Position numbers and translations under genes: made by a program | NCBI GenBank assembly: GCA_051294375.1 | Contig: CM119265.1 | Coordinates: 24,549,605-24,613,604, forward strand | Direction of reading: 5' to 3' | Length of the DNA: 64,000 nucleotides | Source of the DNA: Paraspadella gotoi | Lineage: Eukaryota; Animalia; Chaetognatha | Part shown: piece after piece, positions 12,101 to 24,024 of the stretch | Layout: every line of letters begins with the position of its first letter | Numbering within the stretch: the first letter of the stretch is position 1 | The notes under the pieces: generated by a model | Database searches by the model: none | The model's input: the letters and a program-made list of their open reading frames with translations, nothing else | What the model was told of the DNA's origin: nothing

Positions 12101-15100
12101 CTCATGACTCACGGGAGTTTAGTTCTGAAGGTCAACTTTTGTGGGCAGGTGATCGCTTCGTAATCGGTTTCAAGAGTGGACCAATTTGGTTCTGTTCAGA
12201 CCTTTCCCGGTTTACAAAGCTCAGGTTCTAGGCATGGCCTTACTGCTGTTAAAAAAACTGTAGTATGTTTGATCCGTTGTGTTGACACATGTGTTAGTTG
12301 TATTCCTCTAGTGCTTTCTCTAGGATTTTGCCTTTTTTGTGTTTTGCTGATTCCTCCAACGAACTTACTTTTGCATTAAAACTAATCCCATAATTAATGC
12401 GCTTGGTTGGTACTCTGGCGATCGATTATGCATTTTCTTTAAATTCTCAAAAAACTCGTCTTTTACTCTCCTCATGGGATGTATATATGTTGTTTGCTAT
12501 GATTAAGCCTGCCTGTATTTTGTGTTCTGCTGTTTTTTATGAATGTATTCAGATTCATTATCATTGCCTCAATGTTTGAATTTCCAAAATCTTTAAAGTT
12601 CCGATGGTAGGAGCGATTGCCACCCGCCTGCCGACCTGCTGTTGATTTATGATCTCTCTTATTATATACCCTGATATGGAATATTGTTCTTTTCGTGGCT
12701 TGGGTCTGGTATTCATTGAACATGAGTATGTCTTTTGTGATTTTTTTGTTGTTTAGTTTGTCAATTAAATTATTTAGCTCATCTTTCCTTGGTACAATCG
12801 AATTTACATTAACTCCTGTACTATATGAAGACTTTAGATCTAGTTGCCATTTGAATGGATCTGAAACTTGTTCCTTCGGCTTTTGGTTGCGCATTCTGTT
12901 ACTGGTATCTGTTGCGGTTGTTGTGTCTTATACTAGGCGTGTCGGGTTGTTAGTACTGGTGGTACTGATAGTTCTTGTGTCTTGGATGAAAGGGCCATTG
13001 TGCTTTGGTTGTCTGAGCAGGTTTGCTGCTACTTGGGTAGTAATGTCTTGCGCTCGTGGTTCCGAGCCCGGGCATTGTTGTCCCTTCCATCTGTACAGGG
13101 ACCGGCCTCGCTCGCACCCCATGTTGGCATCAGCAGATTGCCAGTTTTCCATTTCGATAAGTCTGCTGGTCCACGTTGGTCGGTTAACTGTGAAGCATGA
13201 TTCGAATTAAATTTGCTCCCGGCATTTTCGTTGTAGTTCAGCCTCGCTGTGCTGTTGTTGAACCAAGCTTGCGCCAGTCTGGCTCTTTCCACTGTATTTC
13301 TCTAATGTACAAACGCGGCTTCACCTGGCGGCATGGTTTGTATTTTGATGTTGAGTCGCCGGATACCTTTTTGACGGAGTGTCCCTTGGGGTTAAGACAT
13401 TTCCTTCGTCTAGTTGCTTGCCCGTCATTCGTTCGGTTGAAGGTGTACCAATGTCGACGCACGTTCTTTGGGCCTGCTGGAGAGGGTGAGGGTCTTTTGT
13501 GGTTCAGATAATTTCTAATTAGCCTCCGGTCTTTGTCTTCCGCATTTTGCTGTTAATAATTCTGCTTCTTTTCTGATATCTGCCTTCATGTTGGCTGTGT
13601 CTCCTTCTTTTCCGTAAGCTCTGGCAGATTTTTCTCCTAATCTCAGTTGAGTTTATTGTGGTAGTTAACTAGACCCCAGCTTTCCTGCAGATCTCAAGAA
13701 ACCACTTTCTGTAGGATTATCAGGGTTGAGATGGTCATTGTTTAGGTTTATCTGACTGTGAGACGACACGTGGAATTAGCTCGCGATTGTTTCGAGTCAC
13801 AGTTTTTGAGTGCAGTTTTTCCTTGCAATGTCTTTTGTCGGCCATGCCTTCGTTGTGTTATTGTTACCATCTTGTTCTCGGAATATCACCTCAGGCCTAC
13901 GAAAGGTTGCGGCGTGGTTTGCCCGCCACAATTTGCGCATTGAGGTTTTTTTCCTCAACAATACAATCTTTTACTCGATGTTCACCTGCAGCACCGTGTG
14001 AACATATTTCTTTCTCTGCCGTGCATTTCAAAAGCTCATATGTCCTATTTTCATGCATTCTTATGATTGTGGTAATGGGGATTTTTTTGTTACTCCTCTA
14101 CCTTATATCTTCTTAAATCATATTTTGAACCCTTCATTTATAAGGACGGATCTTGTTCACTTGTCAGCCTCAAGGTTACTTTTCACGTGGTCCAAGTAGG
14201 TGTGTCTTTTCTTGCCGACGCGTATTCTCTGAGATTGACGAGGGCTTGCTAATTTGATTGTTCTCGAAGTTTCCTTCGATTTCTTTGCCTCTCCTCACAG
14301 TGCCGCGTTCAAATGGCGCGGATTGTGACCGGGTTTGTGTTCCGCGTGCTGTCGTGCCGAGAGTCTGGGGGACAAAATTGCTATTCGTTTTCGGGTACCA
14401 TCGATCCTACTAAACAACAAGACATTATTGTGTCGTTTTGGTGTGCTTCCCACAAGCACCAAATCTCCTCTTTGTGTCACTTCAATTCCTTCTAGTTTAC
14501 TCTTTCTGGGTTATGCTTTTTTTGCACTATAATACCAGGCTTTTTCTGTCATTTCGAACGTCCGGTCGGCAGATGTATTTCCTACCAAATAGCAGCTTTC
14601 GTGTTACTCTTTACCTCGTCGTAGGCTCCTTTTGAGTGCTCATATTTTTTTTCCTGATATGATTCGTAGATCTTGCGTTCCCTGGTCACGCGATCTTGAT
14701 TCCGCTGGCGACGTTTTAGTCTTTGCTGGTATTCGGCGTCGCTCTGCTTTCAACAAAAATTTCGGGCAAAGGGGACTTTGATAATCGCTTTATTGGCTGT
14801 GACTGGTTGCTCAATTGCGTTCGCCAACAACTCACTTTTTTCAGATTCCCTTCGGTTGAATAATTTCAGAGCCACCAAGGTTTCTGTTACTAATTTTGCG
14901 AGAATCAGCGCCATGTGCCTGTGCTTATTATTCATTTGCTTCACCTGATCGTGTCGAATTTGGCCCATTATTTTTCGTTTCGCCGACCAATGTTTGAGTA
15001 TTTTAGTTTGATTTTGTTAAGCATATTTGGGAGATTCCATTTTAATAGGCTGATTGTAGTAGTTTAACTTTATTTTCGTAACTTGAGTTCTTGTGCCTTG

Positions 15101-15195
15101 ATTTCACAAAGTCCACGGTTTTCGATTTTTTTCTAAGTCCAAGTTTAAAAATCAGTGAGCGAATCTGCGTGTGCAGCTATCATTCGTGAGGTAGT

Positions 15196-15196
<1 letters not shown>
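9155..15196 (-). mobile_element. apparently full-length non-LTR retrotransposon (LINE, Jockey/I group; ORF1 + APE endonuclease + RT), heavily frameshifted
   Basis: Minus-strand RT motifs readable through indels: RPISLL..LGKIFEK (~11140-11187), GFFLDVE.AF (~10955-10985), GTPQGGVIS (~10775-10805), SQFA.D (~10700-10715), QNNMLR..IPKY (~10180-10225). GD(F)N-like APE motif ~13350. Uniform composition without microsatellites; (CAT)n tail at ~9155-9175; (GA)n on both flanks. Confidence 0.85.
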
Positions 15197-15252
<56 letters not shown>

Positions 15253-15866
15253 NNNNNNNNNNNNNNNNNNNNNNNNNCTTCTATTTCTTCAGTTTTTATT
15301 TCGAGTTGGAAGGAAAAAATCGAGTGACTGAGGGTAGATGGGGTTCGCGAGCGGAAATACTGGGTGGGGGGGTTAAATAAAATGGGGATGGGTAGGGTTG
15401 GTAGGGGGGAGAGAGAAAGATGGAGATAGAGAGAGAAGAAAAGGGGGACGGTATTTTTTTTCTTTTCTTTTTTTTTATGGGAAAGAGAGACGAGAGGAGA
15501 GAATTCTCTCTCTTGTGTTTCGTACGGAGAGTGAAGTTTATAGTCGAAAGGGAAGAGGGGGAGAGAAAGGGAGAGAAAGTGGCCTCGAAGGCAGTAAAGT
15601 GAAAGATATGAAGTCAAGCTGGTTTGTGGAGTAAGAAGATGAAATACCAGGACAGGCTGAATGTTTAGTTTAACGAATCACAAATAACAGTTACATGAAT
15701 TTAGTTAAATATAATATAGAAAAGGAATACTAAAGTATGGATAGGGGAAAAAAAGAATACATCTAATTTATTTGTGAAATGAAAAGCAACTGAGAAACAG
15801 AGTCTAGCAAGAGATAAGCATGTGAAAAAAGTAGACAGACATTGGTCAATGATCATCGGGATGAGG

Positions 15867-16062
15867 GGTTAAGAATAGAGAGGAAGAAGATTAAAAATAG
15901 AGAGGAAAAAGGTTAAGAATAGAGAGGAAGAAGGTTAAGAATAGAGAGGAAAAAGGTTAGGAATAGAGAGGAAAAAGGTTAAGAATAGAGAGGAAAAAGG
16001 TTAGGAATAGAGAGAAAAAGGTTAAGAATAGAGAGGAAAAAGGTTAAGAATAGAGAGGAAAA
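15867..16062. repeat. 22-bp minisatellite (ggttaagaatagagaggaaaaa) x~9
   Basis: Directly visible. Confidence 0.9.
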
Positions 16063-16368
16063 AGAAAGAGAAAAAGAGGAGTGGTTGGAAGATTGTAATA
16101 ACAATGAGATCGTATATCGTAGATGAGTCGATCGCTAGGAACGATCGAAACGTCCGAAAAAAAAATAAACAAAATGACATCGACCAATAGTCAACAAAAA
16201 TCGTATGACGTAGAGGCCCCCCCAAAAAAAATATATTTTGGATTCGTGACGCAGCGCCATTTGCGTCGAACGACGACGATAAATACGACGAGGTCAGCTC
16301 ATTTTTCGCCCCATTATTATTTTTTTAATGAAGCCACAAAAAATCGATGGTAATTTTTATCCCAAGAT

Positions 16369-17489
16369 NNNNNNNNNNNNNNNNNNNNNNNNNNNNNNNN
16401 NNNNNNNNNNNNNNNNNNNNNNNNNNNNNNNNNNNNNNNNNNNNNNNNNNNNNNNNNNNNNNNNNNNNNNNNNNNNNNNNNNNNNNNNNNNNNNNNNNNN
16501 NNNNNNNNNNNNNNNNNNNNNNNNNNNNNNNNNNNNNNNNNNNNNNNNNNNNNNNNNNNNNNNNNNNNNNNNNNNNNNNNNNNNNNNNNNNNNNNNNNNN
16601 NNNNNNNNNNNNNNNNNNNNNNNNNNNNNNNNNNNNNNNNNNNNNNNNNNNNNNNNNNNNNNNNNNNNNNNNNNNNNNNNNNNNNNNNNNNNNNNNNNNN
16701 NNNNNNNNNNNNNNNNNNNNNNNNNNNNNNNNNNNNNNNNNNNNNNNNNNNNNNNNNNNNNNNNNNNNNNNNNNNNNNNNNNNNNNNNNNNNNNNNNNNN
16801 NNNNNNNNNNNNNNNNNNNNNNNNNNNNNNNNNNNNNNNNNNNNNNNNNNNNNNNNNNNNNNNNNNNNNNNNNNNGAGAGAAAATGGAAAATAACTGAAT
16901 TAAATGAGTCTTAAAAATATTTTATCTTCTCACTCTAAAAAAGGGAACCAACCATAGCCTATAGATTGTCTTGGGCAAGATTTCTTATTCGTTAAATGAA
17001 TGTATAATTTTTTTACTTGATGGACCAATTATATCATGCTAGAAATGATTNNNNNNNNNNNNNNNNNNNNNNNNNNNNNNNNNNNNNNNNNNNNNNNNNN
17101 NNNNNNNNNNNNNNNNNNNNNNNNNNNNNNNNNNNNNNNNNNNNNNNNNNNNNNNNNNNNNNNNNNNNNNNNNNNNNNNNNNNNNNNNNNNNNNNNNNNN
17201 NNNNNNNNNNNNNNNNNNNNNNNNNNNNNNNNNNNNNNNNNNNNNNNNNNNNNNNNNNNNNNNNNNNNNNNNNNNNNNNNNNNNNNNNNNNNNNNNNNNN
17301 NNNNNNNNNNNNNNNNNNNNNNNNNNNNNNNNNNNNNNNNNNNNNNNNNNNNNNNNNNNNNNNNNNNNNNNNNNNNNNNNNNNNNNNNNNNNNNNNNNNN
17401 NNNNNNNNNNNNNNNNNNNNNNNNNNNNNNNNNNNNNNNNNNNNNNNNNNNNNNNNNNNNNNNNNNNNNNNNNNNNNNNNNNNNNNNNN
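16369..17489. other. two large assembly gaps (16369-16875, 17051-17489)
   Basis: N runs. Confidence 0.99.
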
Positions 17490-18200
17490 TCGTCGTCGTC
17501 GTCTTCCTAGTAGGATTACTTTTTGCCCCCTTTCCCCGAGGCCGACGCGGCTCGTACTGTAGTTTCTGTTCTTCTTCCCAAAATCGCGATGTTTTTACGT
17601 CTTAGTCATCGTTGTCGTTGTTGTTGTAGTCATCGACGTTAACGATGTACTTCCCTTAGACCCATTGCATTTTTATGGTCTTCATTGCGGTTTTACCCGG
17701 CAATGATTTGTTTAAAAATAAATATAAAAAGTTAAAATTATTAGAGTTTTTTAAATCGATTTTTATACTTTGTAAAATACTCTGAGGATTTAGCATCAAA
17801 CCGGCGACTTATCAGCCGAATAATCAACGATCATAGTCCCATTATTCGTTGTTGTTATTGTCGTCGTCGTCGTCGTCGTCGTCATCGTCTTTTTTCTAGC
17901 TTTTGACTTCGCCGTTCGATCCGTCGTCTTCGTCGTCGTCGTCTTTATCGTCTAGACGTATGGGAACTTTTTCCCTGGTTTATCTTTCGAATTCCTTGGG
18001 TCGGAAGACGAAGCGCACGATAATTATCCTTTCGAGCTTCAATCATAAATTTTTTCTATTCTTGACGAAACAAATCCGTAATTCGATCTTAGTTTATAGT
18101 AGTAGTTCGTTTAGTTTTTCTTTAGTTTTTATCAAGCTGAAAAAAAAACGTTGGCAAAGTTGTTTTAAAAACGAAATTTACGTAGATTATTGAGGCCGAG

Positions 18201-18240
<40 letters not shown>

Positions 18241-19116
18241 TCTCTCTCTCTCTCTTTTCCCTCGACCGTCTTCCACATTATCTTTGTTTTTTTCCTTCCT
18301 CTTTGTTTTACGATTTCCCGATAATGATACTCTTCGGTTCCTGAAAAACCAGTTTTGATCAAGAAAATTCCAAAGTTTTGAGACAGATTGTAATTTGAGA
18401 CGTTTTTTTATTTTTAACTTTCCGGTACTGATAACAGGTTACTTTTTTTTCTCTTTTTTTAAATTTTTTTTGAGTTTTTACAATTGGACTTGTAAAGGAG
18501 TGGGGCTCATGCCGAAATAATTGCTAACTAATTTAAACTTTTTAAGGGGGGACGGATCCATTGATTTAAAAAAAATTACGAAAAAATTTGAAATATTGGA
18601 AACCTTGTCCCGATGGTCATTGATTCACATTTTCTTGGGTTACAAGATGCACCTATCAAAAATTTTTCTAGTGGTCTACTTTTTGAGATATATGGGTCAG
18701 AAGTAGGAAATATTTAAAATGATCTCTCTCTGAAAGTAATGAAGCTAGCCTAAACAGATTTTAGTCACAGATCAAGGCCTAGAATTGGGAGTATGCTTTT
18801 TATTCTAATAGCACAACTTTACTTGTAAAGTTATATTAAAAAAATTTTAAAATACTTTTAGTCTTGTACAAATTATTTTGCTATGAAAATAAGCATTGAT
18901 TGCAAAAAGAGTTGCTTTGTTTTAGTATTTTTAGTTTTATAATTTATTGTGAAATTAAATCTAAATATAAATCTAAATCTAAATCCCGGATATCAATTTA
19001 ATATTAATCTCGTTGTTTCAATAAATACTTACGTTTCAATAAAGATACATTTTTTGCTGAATTTATATTGATTAATTTGAATTATTAATAATTTTTTCTT
19101 TAAAGAATCAGTGGAA

Positions 19117-19281
19117 ATGAGTGACCGTCACTTTGAGAAGTCGAAGATAACTTCCGTCTACAAAACTCATCGACCGATTCTGCCATCCGAAGTCGTTGAT
19201 GTCATCGTTAAGTTTCTGCGCAAGGGGCAAGAGAGTGAGGTGACTGAGAAGAAAAAATAAATAAATAAATAAATAAATGAG

Positions 19282-19380
<99 letters not shown>

Positions 19381-21136
19381 ATTAATTAATTTCCGCAGCC
19401 CCCCTGGTCCCTCGCGCTCGACGTCGGCTGCGGCAGCGGTCAAAGCAGCGCCGCGTTCGCCCCTTACTTCCGCCGCGTGGTGGGCGTGGACCCGTCTCCC
19501 AATCAGATCTCTCTGGCGACGGCGTCGAATCTCGTCACCAACGTAGAATTCGTCGTCGGCTTCGCGGAGACGCTGCCGGCGCCGGATGGCGGCGCCGATC
19601 TCGTGGCGGCGATGATGGCCGCTCATTGGTTCGATCTGGAGAAGTTTTACGCCGAGGCGAAGAGAGTGTTGAGGATCGGAGGCGTGGTGGCGTTGGGTGC
19701 GTCGAGCAGGTTGGCAGAGGTGGTGAAGGAATTTTGGTACTGGTCGGATCATTATCGGAGTGGCTACAACGCTAAGTATATTAGTTCGTTGCAACCGGCG
19801 ACGAAAGCTGCTGGCGATAAAGACCGACTCGTTTAGACAACGAAAGATTAGGTAAATTTCACACACACAAAAAAAATGGCGCGCGCGCGAGATAAAGTCG
19901 TTTAAGCCGCGCGAACGGGTAAGTTCGTCGCGTCGAAGCTGTCGATTCGAACGCGGGAAAAAAGGTAAGGCGAAGGTAAAAGCAGCGATTTAGTCCGAGA
20001 AAAAAAAAACTCTTTCTTGTTTCGGATTCAATGACGAAGAAGAAAAAAAAGGTAAGTTGAACCGAGAAAGAAAAAAAAACAAATGCCACCCCGAAAGATA
20101 AATAGGATGAGTTGTTTGCGTGCCATGGCTTCAAACTTCCTCTTTCCAACTCAGTTCATCCCCAATCGGTTATAACTTTTTTCTACTTGGGTCATTTTCA
20201 ATCTATACCCCACTCGTACCCCGTCAGTAGTCGGTTTACAATCATTTTTCAAGCCTTATCTTTTGGGATATAATGTAGCCTCCGTAGTACAATCTTTGTT
20301 TAGTTTTTAGGACACTTGCAAAAGCAGCTATTTTTTATAATGTACTCCTAAAAATTCCATTCAGTAAGTTATTTAAAAGTATATAAAAGAAATCTTTGAA
20401 CTAAGATCTATGAATCATCAATTCATATTTCAAACTTTCTCAATAAACGAACGACTCAATCGATCAATCAATAAATCAATCAAAGAATAAATCAACTATT
20501 CAATCAATGAACCATTTATCCAATCAATCAATCAATCAACCCCCACCTCCCGTTCAGACCCGATCCGACCACCCTCTCCCTGAGACCCGATTCCACCGTC
20601 GACTCTTCCGCCCGCGTTTCCATGGAAACCAAACTCAATCGACTCCTCAACGATTTTCACGATTCGCTCGATTGGCCGCAAAGAAGCGACTTGCTTCACA
20701 ACGAATACAGGGGTGAGTTGTTACTCAGTATTGAATGAATCGATAAAAAGCCGTGATCAGTCTTGAATTTTCTAGTTTTTATGGCATTAGCGATTTAAGG
20801 AAACTCTATTATCTCTATCACCATCATATTCCCTCTCCTCTTCTTCCCCCCCGCCCCTCTTCCCCCCCCGCCCGCCCTCTTTCCCAGACTTCCCCCTTCC
20901 GGCCAGATGTCGAAGTGACTCGCGACGAGAGTTTCGTAGAAGAGACCAACTACACTCTCCCGGATTTGATCGGGTTTATCGCGTCCTGGTCGGGATACAG
21001 TTATCTGATGGAGAGGGTCCCCGGATGCTCCATCTTGGAGGATCTGGAGAGAGAAATGAAGGAAGTTTTGGGCGGAGAGACGGAGTTCGTTTATAGATGC
21101 AAACATTTCGTTTTGTTGATGAGAAAAGTTGACTGA
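19117..21136 (+). CDS. class I SAM-dependent methyltransferase (Methyltransf_11, trans-aconitate methyltransferase-like); exons 19117-19239, 19399-19709, 20558-20712, 20888-21136
   Basis: MSDRHFEKSKITSVYKTHRP.., motif I LALDVGCGSGQS, VVGVDPSPNQI, AETLP, AAHWFDLEKFYAEAKRVLRIGGVVAL, IASWSGY. GT-AG junctions in phase except a 1-nt excess at the exon 3/4 join. Confidence 0.9.
19255..19385. repeat. (AAAT)n microsatellite filling most of methyltransferase intron 1
   Basis: Directly visible. Confidence 0.95.
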
Positions 21137-22601
21137 ATTTCGTCGTCGTTGTTGTTGGATTCAGGGGGCGTGTAGATTGGTAGATACCCCTCACAAATCC
21201 CAGGAAAAGCTCATGGGGCTTAAAAATTTTATATAATAAAAATTTTATTTAATACGATGATAATATCTTGATGATAATAACCGCTGACGATATGATAATG
21301 GTATTACTTTGTTACATATTTTTGCACCAGTAGGAAATCTTAAAATACAAACTTAATATGATATTGTGCACCCAAACCTGATTCTTGCGACGTTGTTAAG
21401 GTAATGGTAAAGGTAGTTAGAGTGTAGCATGAGTCTAGCTTTCAAGGGGCCACGGGGCCGGCAAAAAAAAAGTGGAGGGACACGTCATTTCTTAACACGC
21501 CACTGGTTGGATTCCTCCTACGAACATCTATCTTTAAACTTCGATTTCCGTTAATACTTACTTGCTAAGTTATGAAAACATTCAAAACGACGCTACAAAC
21601 AAAGGTCATTCTATTCATTAAATATTGTAAAGTGCGTTCCATAAATATGAAATAATTTTTTTTTTAATTCAGGGCAAATTAGAAACAGATCAAAAGGATT
21701 AGTCGGTGCCAATTCTCAAGCAACTTTTTTTTTAGACGCTTTTTTTTTTCAACGTTAGTGCCTCAAAAACGAAGTTCTGCTTGAAAAAAGTGCAAAAATT
21801 TATTTTTAATTAGTGTGAATTGAGTAATCGTTTTAACGAAACACTTTTAGGCGCGATTCTTTTTTTTTTATCTAAATTTATTTCATATTCAACAATATTA
21901 TATATTTTAATCTTAGTTTAAAAAACTCTTGGACGATAAAGTTTTATCGAAACAATTTTTAGCCTCAGTTCACATCTATTATTGCAGCCACTGGTTACGA
22001 CGACAACTATTCCAAAATTTGAAACCAAACAGTAATTAATTTAACAAACAATTTACCGTCAAAATATACAGAAAAGCAATTAACCAATAAAACTACTAGG
22101 GGGGGGAGAATGAGAGTCGGGATTAGAATCGAGAGATGATTCCGGCTAACTGCAAAAAATTGAATAGCGAACAGAATGTTAATATTTAAATATATTTACT
22201 AATTCGGCCATCGAGACCGCAATGAATGGGTTGGCGAAAAAAAAAGTTAATTTTAAAAGTTTAACGATTAATTCAAATCTTTAGAAAAATATTAAAAAGT
22301 CGAAAAATAATCAAGAAAAAAATTCACTAAAGCTTAATCAGAAAACTTAAGTTTAAAATACAATTGAAAAACGATCAAACAGGTACCCTTTCTAATTTTT
22401 TAATCACACAATTCGCTTAACAAAAAATTCTGCCTTTGAAATATGTATTTTTGTTATTCAAAATTTATGTCAGTTAAAATAGGATATAACAACACAGTAT
22501 TTTTTTTTTTGACTGCAAGGTCTACAGTTTGTTAAAAAATACAAAAACGAAAACATTTTCATGCCCAAAAATGACCCCCCCCCCAAAAAAAAGGTGGAAT
22601 T

Positions 22602-23553
22602 TTAAACCCAACCGTCCCTGACTTTATTGGTGCCAATGCTCGGGGGTTTGGCGGCCACAACGCCCCTGGCCACGTGAGCTGCCCCTCCGCCGCTGCCTGC
22701 GCCGCCGCCGCCGCCTCTGTGACAAGGGCTGCCCCCGCCCGATGGGCACGACAGCCCCGTGCAAAGTCCATTTGGAGGAGGAGGAGAAGGGGTGGAGGAG
22801 ACGGAGGAGGAAGCGGAAGAGGAGGAGGAGGAGGAAGAGGAAGAAGCCGGGGAGGAGGAAGAGGACGAGGAGGAGGAAGGGGCGGATTTGGAGGAGGGCC
22901 GAGGACGAGAAGAGGAAGAGGAAAAGTTTTCCCCGAGTTTTGAATTTTGTTTGAGAGAGACGCGGCGCGTTTCTGCGCGTGGGACGCCGCCGACGCCGAC
23001 GCCGGCGCCGCGACGCCGGGCCGTCGACGCCGCCGATGACGACGCTACCGGCGCGCCTCGCCCTCTCCGAAGCCGGACGAGGCGGATTCGGCGGCGGCAG
23101 CGGCGGCGGTCGATCCTCCTCCTGCGGCGGCTGAGGCTGCGGTGGTCGACGCTTGGGCGAGTCGACGCCGAGCCGCTGCAGCGGCGCCGATCCGGGTCGT
23201 TGAGAGTCGGAGGAGGAAGAGGAATGACGAGGTCTTCGTGGCTGCGGAGGCGGCTGCTGCTGCTGCTGAGGTCTGGGGAGATCCTGCGGCTGCTGCTGCT
23301 GCTGCTGGAGGTGGGGTTTTTGCTGCTGCGGTTCTAGATTTTGATTTTGCTCCTTGCCTCGACGAGGAGGCGAATCTTGAGAGTGTCTACGGCGAGAATG
23401 ATGCTGCTGATGTTGATGATGATGATGATGATGATGATTATGATGATGATGATGATGATTGTGATGTCCGAAATTTCCGTCCGTTTGTTGATAGCGATGC
23501 TTCAACTGTTGTTGCTGCGGCGTATGAGGTTGTTGTTGTTGTTGTAGAAGCGG

Positions 23554-23587
<34 letters not shown>

Positions 23588-23639
23588 CGTCGATGTGAGG
23601 ACCGACTGGATTTGTGTTTTCCTTTCTCCTCGACGGAAT
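22602..23639 (-). CDS. ADAM10: ADAM10 terminal exon (Q/H/P/S-rich cytoplasmic tail)
   Basis: taag acceptor, phase 1 matches upstream exon. As assembled it stops at 22624; with a +1 correction near 23020 it ends [11 protein letters not shown] at 22602. Confidence 0.7.
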
Positions 23640-23991
23640 CTTAAGGGAGGAAAGAAAAAGGAGCACAGGATTGGAGGAAAGGAAAGGAAAGGAAAGGAAA
23701 GGAAAGGAAAGGAAAGGAAAGGGAAAGAGTGGAAAGTGAGGGTAAGAAAAAGAAAGGGATTAATGAAATAAAATTAAATTTAGAAAGAAAAGGAAAAATG
23801 ATAAAAGGAAGGAAAAAGAAGAAAGAGAAAAGGTGGAGGAAAAAAGATGTTATTCTTCTCAGATATTACCTTTCTGCTGCCCCTGAGGAGCGGTCGCCAT
23901 ATTGGATCGCTCTGGATTTGATTCCGACGCGACGGTCGAAGTTTCCTTGTGACTACTGCTCACCATGCTGGTGCCTGTCGACTTGGTGACT

Positions 23992-24024
<33 letters not shown>

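Noticed and set aside
16328-17605. Long ORFs dominated by X (also 57944-58816)
   Set aside because: They span N gaps.
17490-18060. GC-enriched (GAC)n-rich segments as coding exons
   Set aside because: Stops in the frames examined and no consistent splice chain; more likely UTR or intergenic.
18540-18800. MITE-like segment starting TTAAGGGGG (and a CAGTGGCG-type end near 21500)
   Set aside because: No matching second terminal repeat or target-site duplication found.
22674-23771. Plus-strand acidic/Arg-rich ORFs
   Set aside because: Antisense to the low-complexity ADAM10 terminal exon.
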